Shown: piece by piece, positions 1 to 13,119 of the stretch
Position numbering within the stretch: position 1 is the first letter of the stretch
Layout: each line of letters starts with the position of its first letter
Origin: Tubiluchus corallicola
Lineage: Eukaryota > Animalia > Priapulida
Assembly: GCA_030141605.1 (NCBI GenBank)
Contig: JAQGDQ010001356.1
Location: forward strand, 1 to 44,874
Direction: 5' to 3'
DNA: 44,874 bases
Made by a program: the position numbers and the translations under genes
The notes under the pieces: generated by a model
The model's input: the letters and a program-made list of their open reading frames with translations, nothing else
Database searches by the model: none
What the model was told of the DNA's origin: nothing

Positions 1-152
1 CCAGGTTTTTGCTTCCCCTTTAGCTATCCAGGTTTTTGCTCCCCCTTTAGCTATCCAGGTTTTTGCTTCCCCTTTAGCTATCCAGGTTTCTGCTTCCCCT
101 TTAGCTATCCAGGTTTTTGCTTCCCCTTTAGCTATCCAGGTTTTTGTTTCCC
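1..152. repeat. 27-bp tandem repeat, truncated by the window edge
   Basis: Unit CCAGGTTTTTGCTTCCCCTTTAGCTAT x ~5.5. Confidence 0.93.
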
Positions 153-1528
153 CTAAAATACAGTTTTACTCACCCTAAAACTACTTCCTAGGTGGTAACA
201 CCAAACTTCGTTAATATCACGCAACATGTGCCAAGAGGAGAAATCTTTTCCATCCAGCATGTAGTAAATTCCGGTCATCTGATTTCTCTTTCCTAGTGAA
301 GTATCGACGATTTCTTTTGATCGATGCGTTTCCTTGTAGTAGCCGCCTTCGGTTTCTAGTTTTTTTAGTTTTAGTTGACTAATTAGGTGCCGAGCAACAG
401 GACTAAAAAAACAAACGTGTTTTTACTTGTAACGAGATTGCAAATTACAATGAACAAAACACAAGTGTGTGCTTGTAACTGCAATATGCAAAACTTATTT
501 ATTGGCAGGTGCTGCCCTCTACGAGCAATTTGGAGAAAAAAGGACAGGAGGAGAACAATGATGGTCGCGTTCTTATTCACAGCAATGTTTTTTTATCATT
601 TTTGTGTTATAGTTAACAACAGCATTTAGTTATTACCAAATTTGTATCTTGAGAAACTTTAAATCTTGACGCCAGCGATGTAAGTTACATGAATTTAAAT
701 AATTTAATTAACTTTACGAATTCGATCTGTGAAATTTGTAAAAGCACTTTGACTAATAGGTTGTCTTCTTATTTATTCAGCTTCTGTTTATCATTCTATT
801 TATTTTCTTACTTGTTAATGTTCTCTTTATTATTCTCTTTAGAATAAACGACTTTGGAACATGAATGAAATAGTTTTCTGTACATAACAGTGCTTGCATA
901 GCAAAATCATCCATAAGTCGACAATTAAGTTTTCTAGTTATTTACATATCCCGAATCTTCATTTCATGAGGATCATTTTGATACCAAGTTCATCGCTCTA
1001 TGTTATTTCTAAGCTGAGATAATCCATGTTGAAGTTCAGGTGCAGGCTGCGCACTGAAAAACATTACCTTGAAAAATCGCTGTTAAAGTCAGCCATTGTT
1101 TTTTGTCGCGTTTCTACAAAACACTTAGCAAAAGCACAAATGTAGGTTGCTATGGACTTTGCAAGAGCACATTGAAGTTATGTTTAAATCCAGTAGATGG
1201 CTCTTCCTGATGGAGACCTGGGCTTGGCAGTAGAAAAAACGGAAGCAAAATCACTGTTTCCATGAGCTACTATCACAGTTTGAAAATACAAGTTTTTCGC
1301 AATTGCAGTACTAGTTTTTATCCGAAAAAGTGGATAACGAGTTATAAAATTAAATTTTTAGTATTTTTGAACATTGAATATAAAAGTCCAATATATTTAG
1401 TGTTTGTTTGTATAAAGAACAAGAAATTGATATTTGACCAAGTTTTCAGTGCACTCTACTTTCTGAAGCATCATAACATAGTTTTAACTATGCCAATTTA
1501 TGCGTGGTTTTGGTTTGCAAGCGCACAT

Positions 1529-1654
1529 ATATAGTTTGTTTTCTGATAGTCAAGACTAAATATGTCACAAATATAGTTTGTTTTCTGATAGTCAAGACTA
1601 AATATGTCACAAATATAGTTTGTTTTCTGATAGTCAAGACTAAATATGTCACAA
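1529..1654. repeat. 42-bp tandem repeat x3
   Basis: Unit ATATAGTTTGTTTTCTGATAGTCAAGACTAAATATGTCACAA. Confidence 0.93.
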
Positions 1655-1901
1655 AGTTCCAAAACTGAATCCGAAATGGAGCTTTGATTCTAATCTGTTT
1701 AGTGAAGATTTCAGATAATTTAGATCTGACCCGATTCTACACAATTGATTCTATATTTTTATACATGTAAAGAGATATACACGTGGTTACACTGATGTGC
1801 ATGATGTAAACAAAGTGACGGCCTGCCAACTAGCGGTCGGCTTATGAAATAAGGTAATGCATCTGACCCGATTCCACAGAGTTGTTAAAAATGCTTAGTT
1901 T

Positions 1902-2394
1902 CAGGGATGAGAATGACAAATTGCAAAAAACTCTGAAACAGGTCGGGGTTCTTGGGGCCACCTAGGCCCCCAATGGGTTTGAAATTGCAATTTTGTGACC
2001 ATAGAGAGCCTCTAAGTGGACTTAAAATATCAATTACCTTGTTTCATGCATAATTTAAAATACCCAACTATCAAAGATACATGATACCTAATTGTCTCAA
2101 AAATGCCTAAGTACTGGCCGCTTCTATGCAAAAGTATATAAAACCTGTCTGCAATTGACTCAAATAATTCCGCACAATTGATTCTATATTTTTATACATA
2201 GAGATATACACGTGGTTACACTGATGTACATGATGTAAACAAAGTGACGGCCTGCCAACTAGCGGTCAGCTTGTGAAATAAGGTAATGAGTCCGTAAAAA
2301 TTTCCTCAGCAAATTTACGCTATTTACAAAAATGGCACTACTGGTCTTCCAAAAACTCAGAATTCCGCGTATCCGTGGAAAATTCTCATCCCTG
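1902..2394. mobile_element. Possible hAT-type MITE
   Basis: Perfect 13-bp inverted termini CAGGGATGAGAAT and ATTCTCATCCCTG. The 8-bp TSD is not clean. An internal ~118-bp segment (2172-2289) is duplicated just outside at 1740-1858. Confidence 0.5.
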
Positions 2395-4255
2395 CAGTTT
2401 AGCTTTGACTACAGAGACAGCATGGTAGTGCTTTATTATAAAGCTACTTTGGGGCCTGCTCTGTCATGTTGGGCTGGCAGCTTAGGTTGCAGAGCATGGG
2501 AAGTACTAATCCCAAGTCTCGAGTTCAAATCCCAACTAGTCAACAATTTTTCAGTGTCTCCAACTCATTACCCGCATGGTTTATAAAAATTCTAGCTACC
2601 ACAGTCAAAATTAATTAAAAAATGAAAATTTCATGCATCTCTCTAATCACTATGCTGGGAAGTAAGTCTTTGTTATCAATCACTTATCAAGGTCTGAAAA
2701 CTCTTAAAATTTCCCATGGTTGAACTCTCATATTTCTGTAATAAAATAAAAACTTGACGAAAGACTTTGGAGGTTGAATTTTGGTGTAAAAAGTGTAAAA
2801 TGGAGTAAAAGCAAAATTGAATGATCACATGGAATGTGATGAAAAACGAAGGTCAGTATTGAGCCTTTCCATGTGTACAAAAAGAATGCGTTTATATAAT
2901 AAAACATAGTGAACTGCAATAACAGCATAAGAAAGCTCAGCAGTACCAAATATTATCTTTTTTTATTTTATAGCTGCCTAATTTTCTGATAATTTTATTT
3001 TGATACCCAAAAATCAAAAATTTCTGGGACATAACTCATTCCTCGGACCAACCCAAGGCGGAGATAATCTCCCCGGGATTACTGTGCTTAACGGTCATTT
3101 TTACGTCAAATGACTGGCAAGTCTGGCCTGTCAAGCTATGCTTTTAGGCTCAAACTGTATGCATCAAAATTATTCTGTAATGTAACTTGCACATGCATAT
3201 GCTGCACTTTGTAATTTCTCCACAATACTGCATTTATTTATATTTATATTTGCTTAAATGGATAATTATCTGTATTTTAATGCTAATTGTAAGGTGCAAT
3301 GTGGAAATGAATAAACTCTTGAAAAAAAATGAATAAAACTCTTGAATGGCATAGCAAACTAAAGCAAGGGCAGTGATTTGCGTGTGTAAGACGAACACAA
3401 AAAACATAGACTGCAAAATTACACAGACGCGGTGTTAAAAGACACTAGTCATGAAGGTGTAAAATTTCAAATAGTAAAAATTAGTAAACAAGTCAGTGTT
3501 GCCAACACATTTCTTGCACACCATACCTAAGTCCTTCAACGTTTGGGCTTTTGTCCTGTGACATAGTAAGAATATAATGTTCGTAAATTTAGACAAAAGT
3601 TACGAAACCAATTGAAACAAATTCACAACAACAAATTCACAAGTTCGCAATTTCACGGCCATGAGCAAATTCCAGGAAAGTATGCTGCGCAAGCAGTTCA
3701 CCAGAATAAAAGTTCCCCCCATCTATGGTAATGTGGAAGCGCCAAACTACTAAAATAGCGCCGGTGTACAACGAAAAAGAAAAAAAACTCGTAAATGAAA
3801 TTTATGATAAACAAAACCAATGAAAACGAACTGGGACTACAATTGAAAAATCCAAATTACTTGATTTTAGAAAGTTATGCTACGCACGAGAATATTACAG
3901 CCACATGTTGCTAATATTTTAGATATAATCATAATGTCATTCTTTCTCCTGAATCCATCATCATCACCACCATCATTATCATCTTCGTCACCATCACTAC
4001 CGTCATCATCATCTTCATCATCAGCACCACTACCATCATCATCATTATATACATTACGTCATTTGTAAACATTAGGCATTATTCAAAATGAAATTGAGTG
4101 TGTTAATAACATAGTATATTATAGTAGTTTATTTCACCCATCTCAAGCAATATACATAACAAGGTCAATGACAAAATACAGCTATATCATTACTTGGGCG
4201 GCAGACAAGTCAGAAGCCGAAGTTTGTATGTCGACCCTGATAGTGGAGTTATGGT

Positions 4256-4637
4256 TGTGGTGTGTTGTGGAGATCGCTGGCATCTATTAGAATTACATAG
4301 AACATTGTAGAATGTTCCGTTAGAATAATCGTCTTACCGTGCAGAATGTTCTGGAACAAAACTTCTAGAAGCTTCTCGGGCGCGCTATATAAGGCGAAGC
4401 AAGCCGCTGAGACACACGCAGATTCACACGGACGCCACTTACACATCCTCTTACTATATTTACATTTTCAGATACACTCAAACGTTTTCCAGATTTTCAC
4501 GTTTACTGTAAACATTTCGCGTTCCTTCATACTTTTGTGTTGTAGAATTCTCGCTTAATAAACTAGTTTAATTTGATGAAGTGTTTTCTGGTTTTCTCTA
4601 CTAGCCATGGGTGATGTTTGGATGAAGGAATAGCACA
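4256..4637 (+). mobile_element. Solo-LTR-like unit with heat-shock-element cluster, TATA box and polyA signal
   Basis: TGTGGT...AGCACA ends with a candidate 5-bp TSD ATGGT (4251-4255, 4638-4642). TATATAA at 4386, AATAAA at 4557 with a GT-rich stretch downstream, no ORF. The right boundary is ambiguous because it lies within a 36-bp tandem repeat. Confidence 0.5.
4299..4392 (+). promoter_or_regulatory. Three heat-shock elements directly upstream of a TATA box
   Basis: aGAAc-aTTGt-aGAAt-gTTCc (4299-4318), aGAAt-gTTCt-gGAAc (4343-4357), cTTCt-aGAAg-cTTCt (4362-4376), then TATATAA (4386-4392). Confidence 0.6.
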
Positions 4638-4711
4638 ATGGTTGGGGTGATGTTTGGATGAAGGAATAGCACAATGGTTGGGGTGATGTTTGGATGAAAG
4701 AATAGCACAAT
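4609..4711. repeat. 36-bp tandem repeat x~3
   Basis: Unit GGGTGATGTTTGGATGAAGGAATAGCACAATGGTTG. Confidence 0.9.
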
Positions 4712-5386
4712 GAAAGATGGGTGACGTGGTGAAGGATAGATGGCGAATGACATGATAACAATAATGCCTTGCTACAATCATCACAAAGCTTGTAAATTCA
4801 AGAAGAGTTACACTAGAACAGAAGTTCGCCTGCATGTACTGTAAGTGGCTACTACAGAAGAAAGGAAACTTTACGCAAACAAGGATTTAATCAAAACATG
4901 TATTATATAAATTATTTATTATTTGAATATGTCTCGTGAGATTGATGCATTTTGTTCCATTCTTTTGGTTCTTAATAACAGATAAAGTGATTTGCAAAAT
5001 TTCTTCTCCAGCTATGTATGTAAATATTCGGTAAATATTGTGTCATAATTAAGTTAGATTTGTTTTATTATTATATTTATTTAAAAAGAAAGATACAGCT
5101 TGTTATGACAATGATGTGATCCAAGCATGATTGTCGAGCATCGTGGATCGTTTTTTTGTTAAATAGTTACTGTTGTCGATCAGAGCAGCCATTTCTGAAA
5201 AGAAGGTCACGAATGGACGCTTGGCTCGAGCAGTTTTCGTTTAAGGACGTAACAATGTCGTTAGCTACGTATTATTATGAAAAATACTAGAAACGAAAGA
5301 AAGTTTCAAGTTGACATGTACGAGTATTGAAAATTTGTTATCCTGAAAATTTTTTGCTAGACTTGTAATTTGGGAATTTAAATTTT

Positions 5387-5958
5387 AACCCACATTTGAT
5401 CAACATTTGACTCACGTTTGACCCACATTTGACTCACATTTGGCCCACTTTTGATCAACATTTGACCCACATTTGACTCGCATTTGATTCACGTTTGACC
5501 CACATTAGCTTCAAATTTGACTCACAATTTGTTCACAATTGGCTCACATTTGACTCACATTTGACCAACATTTGACTCACATTTGACTCACATTTGACCC
5601 ACTTTTGATCAACATTTGACCCACATTTGACTCACATTTGATTCACGTTTGACCCACATTAAACTCAAATTTGATTCACATTTGACCCACATTAGACTCA
5701 AATTTGACTCACAATTTGCTCACGTTTGGCTCACATTTGACTCACATTTTAAAGCACATTTTGCTCACAATTCACTCACGTTTGACTCACATTTGACCCA
5801 CATTTGACCAATATTTGACCCACATTTGATTCACGTTTGACCCCCATTAGACTCAAATTTGACTCACAATTTGAACACGCTTGGCTCACATTTTAACCCA
5901 CATTTTGCTCACAATTCACTCACATTTCACTCACATTTGTCACGCCGTTGACTCACCT
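5387..5958. repeat. Degenerate ~11-bp minisatellite
   Basis: CACATTTGAC(T/C) units with higher-order duplication. A related ACATTTGAC motif recurs in a 20-bp repeat at ~34750-34860. Confidence 0.9.
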
Positions 5959-6301
5959 TTACAGCTAATGTGTTATTATTTGTGTTTGTTAGAGTTTAAC
6001 TTTGGTAGAGAAAGGAATCCAAAACTGGTTAGAATTACTATAGCACATTCATTTCCACTATTCAAACTTTTGTTCCACTTGCACATTTTAACATAAACAT
6101 TTCTATAACTATAGGTGAGCACCAAACGTTCGAGTTCCAGCGTTTGATTTCGATTAGAACGAGTTTTTTTTAGTTCGATTCCGATTGGAAGCTAAAATTA
6201 TGGCTTTGAATAATTCACCACTTCAACTTACGTACGTTCTTTATCATTAAAACGTTTGAGAAACGAATCAGCACAATTGACATGCGATTTCTGTGCACAA
6301 C

Positions 6302-6783
6302 TTTTTTTATTTTTATTTTTTTATCAGTTTATTTCGTATAAAAATATACAGTTTACAAAGATAAAGATGTTAGTAAAACAGGTAATGCAATGTTAGTAAA
6401 GTAACATATCTACAGACATTCAACTTTATAATAACCACACATTGTAGTTCCCTTGTAATTATATTACATTATACAGTGTTGTAAGGAGCTATAATAGGTA
6501 TCTTAAAACATAATCTTTAAATGACTTCTTAACCTTCAATTTTACATTTTCGTTTAGATCTACAGCACAACCATATTTAAATCTTAAATTTACTCCACTG
6601 TTATTTACATAATAGCATAGCTTTGGAATTCTCAATGTGCAAGAGTTTACAATTTTTCTCACAAAGTTTAATTTTCGACTATCTATTAAATAATTCTCAG
6701 GCATTGTGCCACAAAAATACATTAACAATTTGACGCTTTCATTTTGTCAAAAATCGAATATTTTTCTATAACCAGTGTTCCAT
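6302..6783 (-). mobile_element. 5'-truncated LINE 3' fragment (CR1/L2-group-like ORF2 C-terminus)
   Basis: Minus strand reads WNTGYRKIFDF*QNESVKLLMYFCGTMPENYLIDSRKLNF, resembling the WNxxFRKIF...ESVKxLxYFCG tail of invertebrate LINE ORF2 proteins. It is followed by a 3'UTR with AATAAA and an A-rich tail. The in-frame stop indicates a dead copy. Confidence 0.6.
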
Positions 6784-7081
6784 TTTAGCCTAATGGCATT
6801 AACTTCATTGTTCTTTGGCATTAACTTTTATTCGCGTTTGGTCAGGTAAGAGTAGCCATGAGTTTTTTAAATGACTAATTCTATTCGTCGTCCATAATAG
6901 ACCTACTTTTAAAACAACACCCTGTGTTTGCGACTTACAAACGTTTGGAAAAATGATTGTTATAACACGCACTTTCATACTGTGTTATTATTCAAAAGTT
7001 GTCTCAAGATGGCGCCACCATGTAGTTGCATGTCGACAGCGCAGAGTAATTCATAGGTTTTGGCTGGCATTCGCTATCAAT

Positions 7082-7448
7082 TGTTGTTGTTGGCACCCTT
7101 CTGTCTCGGAAGACAATGGAATGTGCGCCAATAGAGTCCGATCCTTGAACGTCTTCAGGGCGCACGCCTGGGCAAGGTGTATGGAGATCCTGAGTTGCCC
7201 AGACCGCAGGAACCCCCTCTCTTCCTCCATGGTGTAGCCAAACGAAAGCGGAGCGATACGTTTGGCACCAGGTTGGCTGCAGGAGCTGCCGGAGTCAGTG
7301 AGCATGCTGCACTGGTCCGTCTTCGGGGCTCCACTCCTGATTTGGAAGGTTTACTCCTCTACACATAGCCGCTGGGTCACTTGACCTCCTCCGCCCTCTA
7401 GCCGTTGGCTGCTTGTACAGCTCCTTCGCCTAGTGTCGAGATACAGTG
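7082..7448 (-). mobile_element. Non-autonomous bipartite RTE-derived retroposon (headless or 5'-truncated sister of 36745-37260)
   Basis: Clear homology to 36745-37129. (CAA)n tail on the minus strand. Exact 11-bp TSD TCGCTATCAAT at 7071-7081 and 7449-7459. Confidence 0.85.
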
Positions 7449-9122
7449 TCGCTATCAATAGCGCTGCTTTAATATAAGGTGAACGCATTTACTGCTTTGT
7501 ACTCCAGAGCCATTACGCATTTCCAACAGTTCTACAACTACGCCAAATACAACTACCTCATTGCAAAGCTTAGCTAAGTATCTCTTCGTGACATACCCAG
7601 TAAACAAGTTCACAAGAATGCTTTGGTTGATTGGGTTGTAGTTAGTCACATCTGGGACTAGGTAGGCATACTAATCTTTGAGATGAACAACTGTAGGCTA
7701 TATAAGCCTACTGTTCAATATACAGCAGGCTTTTGTAAGACGTTACAGTCGATAACTAGGCTTACGTACTTTTTGCCTTTACATGTTTGATAGTAACTTA
7801 ATAGTTACTCCAAATAAGATACTTTAAATTGTGAGTTATCTATACTAATGTATAGTAAAAAAGGATGGCTCGAAATTTTTAACAACCCAATGGGAAAGAA
7901 GATTTTAATATTGTACCCAAATAGCAAATTCATCACAAGATAGACCTACACCTATGTTAACGCCACTGTGTCTACCACTAACGCTTTACGAAAGGCTTAT
8001 TGAAACAACTGCATTAAACTTACTTTTAAATAGAGGAACTAAATCATTTCGGTATAGAATAGGCGAATAAAATACAGATTGCTGTCATTGTAATAATGCA
8101 ACTCCTCAAACACCAGAACACATTATATCTGACTGTGATTGGTAGACCATCAATTTCGGATGAATATAAGACAAATTCTGCCCTCAGCCAACATAAGCGA
8201 GATTTATCTAAACAGAGATAAAGATGTGAGCCAGGCATATGTAAATATTGTTAGAGATGTTGTGCGGAAAAAATTGCTATAAATTAATTCAAATTGTATT
8301 TACAGAAAAACAGGTATTGAGTTAATCGTTATATTGTATGTATTATAGGGTAAACTATGTATGTATTTTAAATTTATTCTTAATTGGCATTATGTATAAT
8401 CTTGTTATTGTAAATTTATATTTTGTAAACGAACCCCAGCAAATAGAGGGGAAACAATGTGTTTATTGTTTAATAAAAGACTTATAATAATAATAATAAT
8501 AATATACTAATGTTAGTTAATGTATAATGTCTAGTTGAATATCAATAATATAATAAACTCAAAATTAGTATTTTTTTTCAAAAAAAGACTTTTCTAGGGG
8601 AAATTTGATTGTAGGTAGTGGTGCCCGTTTCAGAATCGCCCAGAGGCATTGTAACTAGTTTACATTTCAAATTATAGTTCATGTAATTACTAAAATACTA
8701 CTGATTATACTAAAATGGTACCGAGACATTAATTCCAAAATCTGGCCTAATTATTAATAGTGGAATTGAATAAATTAAAAGAAATTCTGTAAATGTAATT
8801 AATTAGCCCGGCTGAATACACTAGACTGATTGAGCCAGTTCCTGGAAATGCTGGATTGGTTGGCAAGCTGTAATAAATGCTGAGTTAAGACCTGCCATAA
8901 TCACTGGAGCTGAAGAAACTAGTGGCACTGACGTTCGGTTTACAACAAAAGGCTCTGGTTCAAATACCGAGCAGGTCGAAATATTTCACTTTTTTGGATA
9001 GCCTTTTTTCAAAAACTGAATAATCGTGAGCTAAAAGTGTAGATAATTGCATTATTTTAACATTCAAAATTCTCAGAAATTAGTGGTTTAATAAGTATTA
9101 GATTAGCTAAATTAGCTGTACG

Positions 9123-9164
9123 TCATCATCGTCATCAACATCATCATCATCGTCGTCGTCGTTG

Positions 9165-9201
<37 letters not shown>

Positions 9202-9269
9202 TACCATCGTCATCATCATCGTCGTTATCGTCGTGGTCGTCTTCAACGTCGTCGTCATCATCATCATCG

Positions 9270-9303
<34 letters not shown>

Positions 9304-9444
9304 TAAACCCGTTGCCTCAATTGTAGACATTGGGCAGGAAAATTGATAAAAAAATAAATAAATCTGCTCTCGAGATAGATAAGCACAGCAGTAATCTCGT
9401 AAGAACTAAACACTGCTATCCAGTGGCTTGTCAGCACCACTTCC
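9123..9444 (-). mobile_element. Short (GAT)n-tailed retroposon-like element, copy 1, with an expanded (CAT/CGT)n tail
   Basis: 9303-9444 is homologous to the units at 15506-15846 and has the same end (CAGTGGCTTGTCAGCACCACTTCC). Confidence 0.65.
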
Positions 9445-10571
9445 CTGAGTAAAACGCAGCTATTCAGACTGGAAAATCTATCGCTGTATTTTAGTACAAG
9501 TGCAAGTATTTTAAATAGTAAATAAATATCTATCCAAGTTACGTATTTCCTTTTACCCTTTAGATAAGAAATCAGAACTTTTTGAAGAAAATACAATCAA
9601 AATGAGTTTTGTCAGACTTTATGGGGTTCATAAAAAATATTTTCTATACTATATTCGATCAGACTAAAAAGGGGTGGCATACAGTGTGCTGTGATTAACT
9701 GATTATCGATAAATTTATTTACAAACAGAAGCTCTCTAAAATTTATGACGCCATCTTTTAAAAGAGGAGGTTAGCCAGCCTCCTGGAGAAGCGATCTAGT
9801 CTCCACTTTAAATAATCTACCTATTCATCACTTAACACATCGGTACAAATCGGGCGCACAATGGGGGAGAAAGGGCATGCCTGCGCCCGAAATGAGTTTC
9901 CCTCCAAACTATCTTGTCGCCTGGCTTTATGACCAGAAGGCGGATTAAGTGGTAAGATTATCCGAGGGGGCGGGGCACAGTTGTGACAGAATTTGGGGAG
10001 GTTATTGTGCAGGAGGTTATTGTGGGAGAGCTAAGACGATAAGGAAAGGATTAAATTCTCCTTCAGTTAGCATCCAGGCAAAATTTCACTTATTGTTAAA
10101 TCTTATTCAAACATTCCCATTTATCCAATGACGTCTTCCATTCTTCTTCCAATGACGTCATTTTCCACGCCCATTTTCTTCTAATGACGTCATTCGTCTT
10201 GAAGAAGAGTAGCGCACTGTCAATATTCGTCAAACGTATAAAAAAATTTACAAAAAAATAATAAATAGCTGATATGTAATACGTTTGTGTGAACATTAGG
10301 TAAGCTGCAGAAGTTTGAATCAGTTTAAACAGCGCGCTCTTACGGAAAGCCACGACGCGTCTACGAAGAGTCACGAAGTCTTCCAGTTACGTCATAATTT
10401 TTAAGTGAATGGCGGCAACCACCACGCCTGAAAATTTCCATTCAGAGGTAGCATATTTTAAATTTATGCTTTATAAACAGTTCTCTTCAAATTTCTTTGT
10501 TATATTTTTCAAAGTTTATGTGGAAACAGTCAAATGAACTCAACATACTGAGTGACGTTTCTGTCTTTTAA

Positions 10572-11009
10572 CCCTTTCAGTCCCCAATTATTTTTTTAGT
10601 AAGAAAAATTTTTCTGGCTTGGTACTTTTGTTCCCAATGTATCCTGTGTGATACACAACATTCTTTGTCATGTGCAAAAAAACAAAGTCCGACTTTTTTA
10701 AAAACACAACAAAATCAAAAAGTGTGCTTCATTTTGCAACTGCTGATAATTTTTTTAAGTATTTAAGACATTTAGTATTCATGCTATGCTGATCTGTACA
10801 AAGTCATCTCTAAAGTACTGTACCTTGCGCAGTTTTTATGCTATGTAGATTTTCTAGTTTGCCATTTTATCACCATTTTTAGTCTATTGTCATTGGATTA
10901 AATCAAAATAACTATTAACAGATCAAATAACTGTCAGTTTTAAAGTTTTGTTAATTTTAAAGGCAGAAAATATTCTCGTATCCCACGGGATACAACGGGT
11001 ATGAAAGGG
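10572..11009. mobile_element. piggyBac-type MITE
   Basis: TTAA on both sides (10568-10571, 11010-11013). TIRs CCCTTTCAGTCCC and GGGTATGAAAGGG match at 11/13. No ORF. Confidence 0.78.
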
Positions 11010-11306
11010 TTAACTGTCAGGTAAAAACCCGTTGCATTTTTTCTCAGAACAGCTGTAAAATACTGAAAAACAAAAACAGCTCCCCTCCACACACAACCTA
11101 GAAAGTAAAATTCAATTATTTCAATTGATACAAGTTTTTTTCACATTTTGATAGTTCCATACAACTGTCACTAAGTTTGTAAAAGAAAACGCAACAATTT
11201 CTTGAGAAGAAAGCAGGAGAAAGAAGACAAATAAAAAGGTGACAATCGTAAAAAATAAAATGAAAGAAAATCGTAGCAGAAAGACAACAGCATAGGTAAA
11301 AAATTT

Positions 11307-11379
11307 TGTTCCGACCAGGTTTCGAACCTGGGACCTTCTGCGTGTTAGGCAGATGTGATAACCACTACACTATCGGAAC
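11307..11379 (-). tRNA. tRNA-Val(AAC)
   Basis: Reverse complement is GTTCCGATAGTGTAGTGGTTATCACATCTGCCTAACACGCAGAAGGTCCCAGGTTCGAAACCTGGTCGGAACA (73 nt). Perfect 7-bp acceptor stem, anticodon stem TCTGC/GCAGA with loop CTAACAC, T-arm CCAGG-TTCGAAA-CCTGG, A and B boxes, and a T6 Pol III terminator a few nt downstream. Confidence 0.96.
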
Positions 11380-12351
11380 TACAGTCACAGTACGTTCGTC
11401 TGTACAAATATCACGTCGAAACGCCCAGATAGTTGATTTTAGAGAAACTGTTAGTAATAAACAAGAAAGTTTGTTACTTCTTGAAATGTTTTTTTTTCAA
11501 AACTTGATGTACATTTCAAGAAAAAAAACGAAAAATTTACAAAACAGTACTGCTACAAAAACTTTGCGATCTTAACCGAAAGAAAATAATGCATTTTTTC
11601 GATAGAATCGTCCCAAGCATAGCCAATGGTCATTGGTCACTTATGATACAAGAGGCTACATCTAAAAATGATAAAATATGTTCAGAGAAACAGAATTGAT
11701 TTTAATCTGGTACAAGGGATCGAATAAGATCGCACTTTACAGGCAAAAAACTTTTGAGTACAAAATTCCACATAGAAGAAGTCACAGGAAAAAACCGGAT
11801 TTGCTCGGTTTCGTTAACGAGCAAAAATATTCAACATGTTAAAACATTTGAAAAGCGGATGTGACGTCAACGTTAAAGCTCTGAGAAACAAAAAAATACG
11901 GAAAAGGTCCTGGCAATGAAGGCAAATGGAAATGCATTTTAATTAATTACTCCACGAAGTTTAAATACAGTTCGTAACAATTATTGATTTTTCACTGCTA
12001 GGCTAGACTTCTACGGTAGCCTAGAAGGGGTATCGCAGTAATTGATGAAACAAAGCAGGGCGTTAACAGTCTCCCAAGTGATTAAGGTTCAATGACTGGA
12101 TGACCACTGGCCAGTAATGTCCAGCAGACAGTCTCCGGGCATTTGTCACACGCCAAATCTAATTCTGTCGTCTGCGTGCTTGGCTGAATGCGTCCAATGG
12201 GAGACAAAAGTTGACACAGGCGGCAGGTCTCAGTCAGCTCCAACCTGACTGTAGAAATGAGACTGGGGTTTTGGGTGGGGGCACAAATCTTAAAAAGGGA
12301 AGTGTGAAAAAAACGTACTACTGATGACTGAATGTTTTCCTATAATAGTAA

Positions 12352-12770
<419 letters not shown>

Positions 12771-13119
12771 GAACTTCATTTAAATCAGATTTTTGGCAAA
12801 CAATTACCCTGAGCTCAAACAACTTTTCCCCTATGAGGACAACCAAAAGCGGAAGGAAAATCAGTTTTTACTTCGTCCTCCCCTTTTCTTGAGCGCTTTT
12901 ATTGTAATTTTATTGTTTTATATGTAGAATGTAGTTTTTTTTAAGATTATATGCAAATTTATGTGCCATATGTAAGATTCAACTCAATGAATTAATAAAC
13001 TGTAAATATTAAAAAAATAATTCAAGCCATTATTAAACATAGCTAATTATACAGAACTGTACATGGATCTTCCTAATGACATTTCAACTGATAAACATGG
13101 ATTCTGAGTTACAAAGATT

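Noticed and set aside
12885-13015. Shared AT-rich segment with 26421-26565
   Set aside because: It is probably the 3' tail of an old retroelement and has no diagnostic features to classify it.
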